Below, one piece after another: positions 19,600 to 25,915 of a DNA stretch of 36,606 nucleotides (positions are counted from its first letter, which is position 1; the number at the start of each line of letters is the position of its first letter). The notes below the pieces were generated by a model that was given only the letters and a program-made list of their open reading frames with translations, was not told the origin of the DNA and searched no databases. The stretch spans positions 1 to 36,606 of IMG/VR virus record IMGVR_UViG_3300020161_000625. One strand, given 5' to 3'. This DNA comes from a virus. Taxonomy: Duplodnaviria; Caudoviricetes. Both the position numbers and the translations under genes were made by a program.

Positions 19600-20273
19600 T
19601 TGGCGGCTACACGCTCGAACAGGTCGGAGTCCTTGAGACGTGCGACGAAGGCCGCACCAGTTTCCTTGTCGTGGAAACGCTCTAACAAAGTCTCACCCGT
19701 GAGGTTTGTAGTGATAATCGTACTACGCTTGTGCATGGTACGCTGGTCCACGAGAGCGAACAGGCACGAGGCCATGCGGTCAGTCATCTTCTCCTTGCCC
19801 ATGTCGTCGAGGAATAACAGCGGCACGTTGGTCATGTGAAGCATGGTCTTGTCCCAAGTGCTGTTACCCCACGATGCGGCGATGCGAGCCTCCAGTTCAA
19901 ACATGGTCAGAAACAGGTACTTGTTCTTGTAAGGGTTCTCGTCCCACAGCCTCTTGGCAATGAACCAAGCCGTGCGGGTTTTCCCCCTACGAGTAGAGCC
20001 ATGAATAAGCAGTCCCTTGCCTTGGGGATTCCAGTGAACTGCGGTATGCCACAGTTCACCAAGCCTGTCTGGCTGGGTGTCCTCAAACAGTTCTGGCATG
20101 GGGGTCTCTGGCTTGGGCTTCTTGGGCATGCCGTGGGACAGCACCATCTTGTTCCAATGCACCATGCAAGGGGTGCACAGGGTCTCGTAGATGGCTACGC
20201 CGTCCTCGCCGTACTCACGCAGGTGAGCCGTGTTGTTGCAGTTGAAGTTACGGCACAGAGGTGCTTCGCTCAT
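19596..20273 (-). CDS. DnaC/IstB-like AAA+ helicase loader with N-terminal Cys cluster
   Basis: Walker A GSTRRGKT, Walker B LLFLDDMGKE, TIITTNL, ARL; N-terminal C-x4-C...C-x2-C; downstream of the initiator. Confidence 0.9.
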   Translation of the reverse strand: MSEAPLCRNFNCNNTAHLREYGEDGVAIYETLCTPCMVHWNKMVLSHGMPKKPKPETPMPELFEDTQPDRLGELWHTAVHWNPQGKGLLIHGSTRRGKTRTAWFIAKRLWDENPYKNKYLFLTMFELEARIAASWGNSTWDKTMLHMTNVPLLFLDDMGKEKMTDRMASCLFALVDQRTMHKRSTIITTNLTGETLLERFHDKETGAAFVARLKDSDLFERVAAK

Positions 20274-20488
20274 GGCTTGGCCCTCTTGACGAGCAGGTCT
20301 ACCTCGGCCCTGAGCCGAGAGAAACTCTCCCGCAGTTCGTGGAAGCGTTGAACGTGCTTCTCCATCTCGGTGGTCTGTTCGTCACGCTCGGACCTAAGAC
20401 GGGTGTTCTCCGTTCTGAGGGTGCGGACGAGGTCCTTGAGTTCCCCGAGGGTCTTGCCCTCAAGGCTGTTCCATTGTTCTTGGTTCAT
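20270..20488 (-). CDS. Small coiled-coil protein (72 aa)
   Basis: Heptad repeats; ATGA overlap with the DnaC-like gene. Confidence 0.7.
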   Translation of the reverse strand: MNQEQWNSLEGKTLGELKDLVRTLRTENTRLRSERDEQTTEMEKHVQRFHELRESFSRLRAEVDLLVKRAKP

Positions 20489-20493
20489 GGTGA

Positions 20494-21153
20494 TTAGAAG
20501 CCCTTGGCGTGGTCGCTGTCGCCCTTGGGGGCCTGAGCCCTAGGGTTGGCACCCATCTTGGGTTCAAACAGCCCCTGCCAGCCTTGCAGGAGGCTCTGGC
20601 GGATAGCCTCGGTGGCCTTCTTGGCCCCCCACTGGCTGAAAGCCTCATCCCAGCCAGCGATGTAGGTGTTGGTCGTAGACCAGCGTTTGGCCCTACGATG
20701 CTCCAGCCACTTGTCCCAGACCTCGGACAGTTCCTTGTCAGAACGGATAAAAGAATCCCCCACCAGCACCTCTGGTGCCTTTTCTATCTCCTTGTTTCTA
20801 TCCTTATTACTATCTGGGTGAAAATTTCTTCGCCCCTGAGATGAAGAATTCTTCACCCCTCCCGTGAAGGGTTTTTCACCCCTGTCCAAGGTATGGCTGA
20901 CAATGTCCCACAGTGTGCCATCGTCGTCCCTACGCACGTACCCACAATCCATCAGGCGACTGATGCTGTACTGAGTGTTGCGGACCGACTGGCCCATGTA
21001 CTCAGACAGGGCCTCACGGGTGGCGAAGCACCCACGCTCGTTACAGAGGATGTGGATGACCCCGAACAGGAACTTGTCGGACTGCGTCAGCCGTGCGTCG
21101 GTAAACACACGGGACGGAATCCAGACCCCTTTGATCTCGAAGTCCTTAGCCAT
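20494..21153 (-). CDS. Replication initiator with N-terminal winged HTH (lambda O-like organisation), 219 aa
   Basis: KGVWIP...LTQSDKFLFGVI...GCFATREALSEYMG...ISRLMDCGYV; C-terminal WxxWxxHR...SLLQGWQGLF; internal iterons; followed by a DnaC-like gene. ATG at 21153 is the likely start. Confidence 0.8.
   Translation of the reverse strand: MAKDFEIKGVWIPSRVFTDARLTQSDKFLFGVIHILCNERGCFATREALSEYMGQSVRNTQYSISRLMDCGYVRRDDDGTLWDIVSHTLDRGEKPFTGGVKNSSSQGRRNFHPDSNKDRNKEIEKAPEVLVGDSFIRSDKELSEVWDKWLEHRRAKRWSTTNTYIAGWDEAFSQWGAKKATEAIRQSLLQGWQGLFEPKMGANPRAQAPKGDSDHAKGF
20818..20885. repeat. Three iterons at 23-bp spacing; probable replication origin
   Basis: TGAAAATTTCTTCGCCCCT / TGAAGAATTCTTCACCCCT / TGAAGGGTTTTTCACCCCT starting at 20819, 20842, 20865, next to an AT-rich strand-asymmetric tract (about 20780-20815). 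Confidence 0.75.
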
Positions 21154-21994
21154 TGAGTTCCTGCACTCCGAGGAAGGTTGCAGTGTTGGGCTTGCCGAGG
21201 GCTTCCCACGACAGCCACATATGCAAGGCACGGCTATACTCGACGGCACCCTTGGCCAGCATCTCCTTGGAGCACTGGTACACACGGCTGTCGAACGGCT
21301 TGGTCTTGCCTACGCACACGTAGATGAACGAGGCAGGCTTGCGGATGGCGAACTCAAGGGCGTCCTTGTACAGGCCACTCTGCATAGCCCAGTTGGAATG
21401 GTACGAAGCACCGCCCACATTGCTGATGTCAGCCACGGACTTGAGGTCCTTGATGACGGCATGGTCCTCGTGCTCATGATAGCAGTCCAGTTTGCCCTTA
21501 AGGCGGACACGCTTGCCCTTGAACTCGCCCTCAGTCACGAGGATTTCGCTGATGAAGGCGGACTCGACGTACGTCTTGCCGTGCTTGCTCTGGAACAGGT
21601 TGCCCACGCTGGCCTTCATGCCTTGCATGTCCTCGTAGTCGTCGGCCTTGATGGGCTCACGGTGTCCGATGTCTGCGATGAAGTCATTCCACGTGGCCTT
21701 GCCCTGAGTGGTCCTGCGGTCACACACGGGTGCGACAGCGTAGAGTTCTGGGAAGTTGTCGGGCTCCAGCACGAAGGTGTGCAGGGCCGAGCCGAAGGCC
21801 ATGGCGTCGGTACGGTCAGGGTTGGCCCTGAGCCAGTCGGCGTGGAACGGCGAGACGGCCAAGGCCTTCTTGAGCGTGGACTGATTGAGGCAGTCCAGCG
21901 AGCGGTACTTAGCCTCTTCGAGGCCATGTACGATTTCAGACGAGACGAACTCGAACTTGAAATCAGCGAGGGTTGTTGGGTTGTAATGCTTCAT
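21146..21994 (-). CDS. PD-(D/E)XK exonuclease, RecE/exonuclease VIII-like
   Basis: SP.H, AMAFGSALHTFVLEPD, DRRT..GK, KGKLD...IKDLKS, Q...Y motifs. Confidence 0.9.
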   Translation of the reverse strand: MKHYNPTTLADFKFEFVSSEIVHGLEEAKYRSLDCLNQSTLKKALAVSPFHADWLRANPDRTDAMAFGSALHTFVLEPDNFPELYAVAPVCDRRTTQGKATWNDFIADIGHREPIKADDYEDMQGMKASVGNLFQSKHGKTYVESAFISEILVTEGEFKGKRVRLKGKLDCYHEHEDHAVIKDLKSVADISNVGGASYHSNWAMQSGLYKDALEFAIRKPASFIYVCVGKTKPFDSRVYQCSKEMLAKGAVEYSRALHMWLSWEALGKPNTATFLGVQELNG

Positions 21995-22184
21995 GTGCGT
22001 GTTTTTGGGAGAGTTGCTGGAGGGCGTGGATAGAGGCGTCTCTGACGTCCCGCATGCTAATTGCGAGGAACGGTGCGTCAGGGCTCGTGCTCTGGCTGTA
22101 CTCGACGCTCAGGTAATGAGCCATGCGAGCACACTGGAGCATACGCTTCACCTCTGGGTGACGTTGTCTTTTGTCGTGTATCAT
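21963..22184 (-). CDS. Hypothetical protein (73 aa)
   Basis: ATG at 22184 after an AC-rich leader and a GAAA hairpin. Confidence 0.55.
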   Translation of the reverse strand: MIHDKRQRHPEVKRMLQCARMAHYLSVEYSQSTSPDAPFLAISMRDVRDASIHALQQLSQKHAHEALQPNNPR

Positions 22185-22228
22185 GTGTGTGTATGAAAGG
22201 TTGTGCCCCTTTCGGGGCATTGGTCAAC

Positions 22229-22483
22229 TTATTTGAGGCCCAATTCTTTTTCGACCTTGCCCAGTTCCCGCTCGATGAGGTCCGTGGCCCAAGCGGTCTT
22301 GACCCAGTACAGGCCACGCTCGGCGTAAGCCTGCTTGACCCGTTCGAGCCTTCCCTTGAGGAAGACGATTCGGTTGGTGAACTCGGGCGACGAATTGCTC
22401 GTCGATGCGATGGTGAGTACGCACTCGGCGTGAGCCGAACGCTTCCTCATGGGCCTAATGGCCTTGGTTTTCTTGATGTTCAT
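22229..22483 (-). CDS. Hypothetical protein (84 aa)
   Basis: AC-rich leader; fits the operon. Confidence 0.7.
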   Translation of the reverse strand: MNIKKTKAIRPMRKRSAHAECVLTIASTSNSSPEFTNRIVFLKGRLERVKQAYAERGLYWVKTAWATDLIERELGKVEKELGLK

Positions 22484-22498
22484 GTGTGTGGTTGGAGA

Positions 22499-22699
22499 TT
22501 AGCGGCTGAGGCCCATCAGGACTGCCATGTCGCCCTTCATGGTCTTGCGACCACCGTTGTGGGCATGCGAGCAGATGATGACCTTGTTGCCTACGAAGGC
22601 GTCGAGGATGAGCAGGAACTGCTCAGAGACACGGCGTCCGTTGGTCTGTTTTGCCAAGGCCTTGATGGCCGAGGGCTTGATGTACTTGTATTTTCTCAT
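22499..22699 (-). CDS. Histone-fold protein (66 aa)
   Basis: IKPSAIKALAK (alpha1), GRRVS (L1), long helix, GRKTMKGD (L2); parallels RVS...GRKTIKAED of archaeal HMf and GRKTV of bacterial histones. Confidence 0.7.
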   Translation of the reverse strand: MRKYKYIKPSAIKALAKQTNGRRVSEQFLLILDAFVGNKVIICSHAHNGGRKTMKGDMAVLMGLSR

Positions 22700-22742
22700 G
22701 TATGTGTGGATGATAAAGTGATGCCCCCGAAGGGGCTGGCTC

Positions 22743-22841
22743 TTACCAGATGAGGCCGACGGTCACGCAGAGGGCTACGAGAATAGCCGTGTCGATTACG
22801 AGGGCGACGACCCAGAGGGTGCCGATTTGTTGTTTGTTCAT
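22743..22841 (-). CDS. Small single-pass membrane peptide (32 aa)
   Basis: MNKQQIGTLWVVALVIDTAILVALCVTVGLIW after an ACACATAC-ATG leader. Confidence 0.6.
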   Translation of the reverse strand: MNKQQIGTLWVVALVIDTAILVALCVTVGLIW

Positions 22842-22864
22842 GTATGTGTTGGGTTGGAAAGTTG

Positions 22865-22927
22865 CAGGCTCGGCTATGCTAGACCGACTTACGCCCCGAC
22901 GTGTTCTCACGCACGTGAAGGGACCTG
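22865..22927 (-). ncRNA. Structured RNA Z1 (three-way junction), paralog of Z2
   Basis: CAGGT/GCCTG closing stem, CCCT/GGGG plus ACGTG/CACGT arm, CGTAAG junction, TCGG/CCGA hairpin; compensatory changes relative to Z2. Confidence 0.7.
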
Positions 22928-22933
22928 TGGTTA

Positions 22934-23001
22934 TTGAGGTTCGGCCAATGCCTAACCGACTTACGCTTGGACGTGCTACCATACACGTTTCAAGACCTCA
23001 A
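22934..23001 (-). ncRNA. Structured RNA Z2 (three-way junction), paralog of Z1
   Basis: TTGAGGT/ACCTCAA closing stem, CTTG/CAAG plus ACGTG/CACGT arm, CGTAAG junction, TCGG/CCGA hairpin. Confidence 0.7.
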
Positions 23002-23006
23002 ATTGA

Positions 23007-23082
23007 TAGGCCTGTAATGCCAGTGGGCGAGCGTTCCAAGGCTCTATAGTTGGGGAACTGCCCAGTCTGCAAGTGTGGCCTA
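23007..23082 (-). ncRNA. Structured RNA Y (long interrupted hairpin)
   Basis: TAGGCC/GGCCTA, TGC/GCA, TGGGC/GCCCA, GTTCC/GGAAC stems; bounded by the same CAATTT-type spacers as the tRNAs. Confidence 0.5.
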
Positions 23083-23089
23083 AATTGAA

Positions 23090-23166
23090 ACCCCAGCAGG
23101 AGGATTACTCCTGCCTTTTAGCACATGCCGACGGTAATGCGAGATACGTTACGGTTATGCGTGGGT
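23090..23166 (-). ncRNA. Structured RNA X (three-way junction)
   Basis: CCCA/TGGG closing stem, GCATA/TGTGC arm, TAAAAG junction, GCAGGAG/CTCCTGC hairpin; CAATT spacers on both sides. Confidence 0.5.
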
Positions 23167-23169
23167 AAT

Positions 23170-23243
23170 TGGTGGAGACTAAGGGAATCGAACCCTCATC
23201 ACACGGATGCCATCCGAGTGTACTGCCATTGTACTAAGTCCCC
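23170..23243 (-). tRNA. tRNA-Ala(GGC)
   Basis: GGGGACT...CTCGG AT GGC AT CCGTG...GAGGG TTCGATT CCCTT AGTCTCC ACCA; G3:U70, A73, A32-U38, encoded CCA. Confidence 0.95.
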
Positions 23244-23247
23244 AAAT

Positions 23248-23322
23248 TGGTGGAGGCTAGGGGAATCGAACCCCTACCGAGCGGATGCAAACCGCCCGTG
23301 CTACCATTATCACTAAGCCCCC
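23248..23322 (-). tRNA. tRNA-Ala(UGC)
   Basis: GGGGGCT...GGCGG TT TGC AT CCGCT...AGGGG TTCGATT CCCCT AGCCTCC ACCA; G3:U70, encoded CCA. Confidence 0.95.
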
Positions 23323-23326
23323 AAAT

Positions 23327-23401
23327 TGGTGGATGATTGGGGAATTGCACCCCTGTATGTGTCGTGGCCTCTAATGCCTGACATAGTCGCTAGACTCACC
23401 C
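23327..23401 (-). ncRNA. Non-canonical tRNA-Ala-like RNA resembling the tmRNA tRNA-like domain (75 nt)
   Basis: GGGTGA/TCATCC-ACCA acceptor with G3:U70 and A73; GGGG TGCAATT CCCC T-arm; no normal D arm (TCTAGCGAC); elongated central arm. Confidence 0.65.
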
Positions 23402-23405
23402 GTAG

Positions 23406-23420
23406 ATTGTTAAAGAACAT
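23406..23420 (-). promoter_or_regulatory. boxA-like antitermination element
   Basis: - strand ATGTTCTTTAACAAT versus the boxA consensus TGCTCTTTAACA, just upstream of the RNA array. Confidence 0.7.
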
Positions 23421-23443
23421 GGTGCGTTAATCACCATGCATTC

Positions 23444-23471
23444 AACATGACGTTATGTAGTCCTACGTCAA
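23444..23471 (-). promoter_or_regulatory. Probable sigma70-type promoter for the RNA array and early operon
   Basis: TTGACG-16 bp-CATGTT, followed by a CATGGTG/CACCATG hairpin and boxA. Confidence 0.45.
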
Positions 23472-23520
23472 GCGTCTGTAGATAGATAGTTGTAAGTCGT
23501 TGGTCTACAACGAAATCCAG

Positions 23521-23988
23521 TTACCAGCCCATGTCCCATTCTTGGGCTGTCTGCCACTTTTGGGGGTCGTGGGAGCGTACGAACAGGGGGGAATTAGGTC
23601 CCATATGAGGACATGCCCTGAGCGTGTTGTATGATACCCACTCTTGGGCCATGTCGAATTGCTCAGGCGTCGCCTGTGTAACCAGTTTGTCGATACTGTC
23701 GTATCCGAATTCTTCATACGCATACATGAGTGCATATGCATGCTCTAGTATGTTGAGGTCATACACACAACGTAGTGAGCCCATGTTGTCCTCAGCCACA
23801 CCAACGCATGCGTAATCACACCACTCACGTGGTTCGAGCATCATCAAACTGTTGACCTGTTCCTTGTTGATGTTCTTGTTGTGGTCAATGAAGACCTCGA
23901 CGCCGCTCTTGCCATGCTTCCGCTTCAGCGGATTGGCCTGCTTTGCCTTACTCTTGGTCTTGCCCTTACCAGTGCGTTTGGTTGCCAT
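23521..23988 (-). CDS. Conserved phage hypothetical protein (155 aa)
   Basis: DYACVGV...RCVYD...AQEWVSYN...GPNSPLFV pattern; basic N-terminus; likely ATG at 23988. Confidence 0.7.
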   Translation of the reverse strand: MATKRTGKGKTKSKAKQANPLKRKHGKSGVEVFIDHNKNINKEQVNSLMMLEPREWCDYACVGVAEDNMGSLRCVYDLNILEHAYALMYAYEEFGYDSIDKLVTQATPEQFDMAQEWVSYNTLRACPHMGPNSPLFVRSHDPQKWQTAQEWDMGW

Positions 23989-24028
23989 GACGCCCACCAT
24001 TCACATACGGTCCATCAAGGGCAAGCCA

Positions 24029-24592
24029 ATGCACACAGTATACACAGACCAGCGAGCATTGGCTCATGCACTCGCTCTCATTGAGTCTGGTGATGACCCC
24101 AAGGCCAAGGGCGACCTGAACCATCCTGATGGCCCAGCCATAGGTGCATTCCAGATACACCAGAGTGCATGGGATGACATCAGCGACATGAGGCGACGTG
24201 ATGGTCTGGCTGTGCATCCTTATCACAGTGCTTATGACCCACAGATAGCACGTGAGTATGCAACCACGTTCCTGATGAAGATAGTCTCACGCTTCAGGGT
24301 ACATCACAGGGCACCGCCTAGCCCAGCCCTGCTGTATGCGTGCTACTCATTGGGCCCAAGCATACTGAACAAGATAGGCCACATGACGGACATCAAGCAC
24401 GTCATCAGTCCATATGAGCCCACAGTCGTATGCTCGTACTATGACAAGGCCCCGTGGAAGCCACTCACCTCTGTTGGTTATGCCTATTCCTTGGCCCGAC
24501 GCAAGATGGCCACAGGCACGAGGTATGAGAATCTTCTCTACGCACACCATGAATCACTCCGAAGCACAGGCATCCCGCTCCTCTGGCTCTAA
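24029..24592 (+). CDS. Lysozyme-superfamily glycosidase (destabilase/transglycosylase-like); endolysin candidate
   Basis: ALIESG (catalytic Glu)...GD...AIGAFQIH..AW.D motif; likely ATG at 24029. Confidence 0.7.
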   Translation: MHTVYTDQRALAHALALIESGDDPKAKGDLNHPDGPAIGAFQIHQSAWDDISDMRRRDGLAVHPYHSAYDPQIAREYATTFLMKIVSRFRVHHRAPPSPALLYACYSLGPSILNKIGHMTDIKHVISPYEPTVVCSYYDKAPWKPLTSVGYAYSLARRKMATGTRYENLLYAHHESLRSTGIPLLWL

Positions 24593-25013
24593 CCGAGCCA
24601 AGTTCGACATAGACTTACAGTACGGCCAGCAGGGTGAGAATTGGCTCACATGGCTGGGCACGGACCAAGCCAAGGTCGAGGTCAAGACCGAGAGGGATAC
24701 TTGGGCAACCACAGGCAATGCCGTATTCGAGTATGAGTGCAGAGGCCACAAGTCAGGCATCGCTGTCACATCGGCCGATTTTTGGGTTCACATATTCAGG
24801 CTGGGCGATGTGCCAGCCATGGCACTCGTCTTGCCGACCCAAGACTTGAAGGACTATCTCAGGGCCGCACATGCCAACCCAGCAGGCCATGGCTGTAGGC
24901 TAGTCCAAGGTGGCGATGACAATGCCGCCAAGGTCATACTCGTGCCTATCCCTAACCTGTGGAAGATAGCCTGTCGCACCTTACCGTTTGCCACCAGAGG
25001 ACCTAGCACCTGA
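24549..25013 (+). CDS. PD-(D/E)XK-fold nuclease-like phage protein (154 aa)
   Basis: FDIDLQYGQQGE...VEVKTERD.W..TGN..FEY...SGI..T.ADFW. Confidence 0.7.
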   Translation: MNHSEAQASRSSGSNRAKFDIDLQYGQQGENWLTWLGTDQAKVEVKTERDTWATTGNAVFEYECRGHKSGIAVTSADFWVHIFRLGDVPAMALVLPTQDLKDYLRAAHANPAGHGCRLVQGGDDNAAKVILVPIPNLWKIACRTLPFATRGPST

Positions 25014-25239
25014 GGCACATGGTATCATAGCCTTGGCCCAATCATCTGCCTTCCTAGCCAATCCTAGAGGGTGAATCGTGTTAGGTGTATCTAACCCGAC
25101 GTGCGAGGCATGGTAAGTCCATAAAGATAGCCCCCCATGTCAACGTACTATCTGCTCACCCCATCGGTTTGAATCGCATTACCCTAGCAGATGACCCATG
25201 ATTGGGGTCAGACTAGACATAATTCATGTTGTGCGAAGT

Positions 25240-25872
25240 TCAATCCTCACCCATCTCCTCATCATTTAAGGGGGGCGGGGGGGGTCGAACGTCGGGAATT
25301 GGGGATTCGTGAGACGGATAGTCAGGTACTACCGTTTTGTTCAAAAAATCCTTAGGGTCCTTAGCCCAGTCTAGGAAGTTCTGGGTGGATTCAGGCTTAG
25401 GCTGGGCCACCTCTAGGTCAATGACCCCCTTGTCGTCGACCCTTACCCCCTGACCCTTGGCCTTGAGCAGTTTGTCGAGGGCATCATGGCTGATACTGAA
25501 CCTATGCTCAACCACCGCCTGAGGCTGGTCTTGGAGGGCGTTTATCTTGTCGATGCTGATACCCATGGCGATGGGGATTTGGCTGACGTGAAGGGAGTCC
25601 AGTTCATCGACCAGTTTTTGGGATGCCCTCTGGACGAAGGCCTTGAGGTTGCGGACCGTCGTCGCCTTGAACTCGTCCTTGAGCCCAGTGACCTCTGGCA
25701 TGTCTCGCTTGATGGCCATGACATTGTTGGGCGACATGCGGACCGTCTTGGCCACGTCAAGGATGGGTACCCCCGACCTGAGCAGTTCCTCCACCTGTGC
25801 TCGCCGCTCCTTGCTGACCCTCTTGCCCGTGTGGTTGGAGGATGGGTTGGTATCAAGTCTCTCGTTGTCCAT
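25240..25872 (-). CDS. N-terminal HTH protein (210 aa); regulator or terminase small subunit
   Basis: RRAQVEELLRSGVPILDVAKTVRMSPNNVMAIK HTH, helical middle, low-complexity tail. ATG at 25872; the longer ORF-track call overlaps RusA. Confidence 0.65.
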   Translation of the reverse strand: MDNERLDTNPSSNHTGKRVSKERRAQVEELLRSGVPILDVAKTVRMSPNNVMAIKRDMPEVTGLKDEFKATTVRNLKAFVQRASQKLVDELDSLHVSQIPIAMGISIDKINALQDQPQAVVEHRFSISHDALDKLLKAKGQGVRVDDKGVIDLEVAQPKPESTQNFLDWAKDPKDFLNKTVVPDYPSHESPIPDVRPPPPPLNDEEMGED

Positions 25873-25915
25873 TGTTGACAACCTGTGGATACTGGGAACA
25901 ACTGTCAACCAATGG
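25869..25915. promoter_or_regulatory. Symmetric divergent control region with two opposed TTGACA hexamers
   Basis: CCATTG-TTGACA...TGTCAA-CCAATGG spans both start codons, which are 39 bp apart. Confidence 0.55.

Noticed and set aside
22865-23001. Z1/Z2 as a CRISPR mini-array or a known self-cleaving ribozyme
   Set aside because: Only two degenerate units with covarying stems, no repeat-spacer pattern and no cas genes. Hammerhead (CUGANGA/GAAA), twister and pistol cores are not evident.
22860-23170. Coding piece of a two-piece tmRNA
   Set aside because: No tag-like reading frame or second acceptor half found; the region resolves into separate self-contained folds.
23327-23401. Suppressor tRNA or stop-codon reassignment
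   Set aside because: In the best fold the central triplet is UAG, not CUA or UUA, and all long genes are intact in the standard code.
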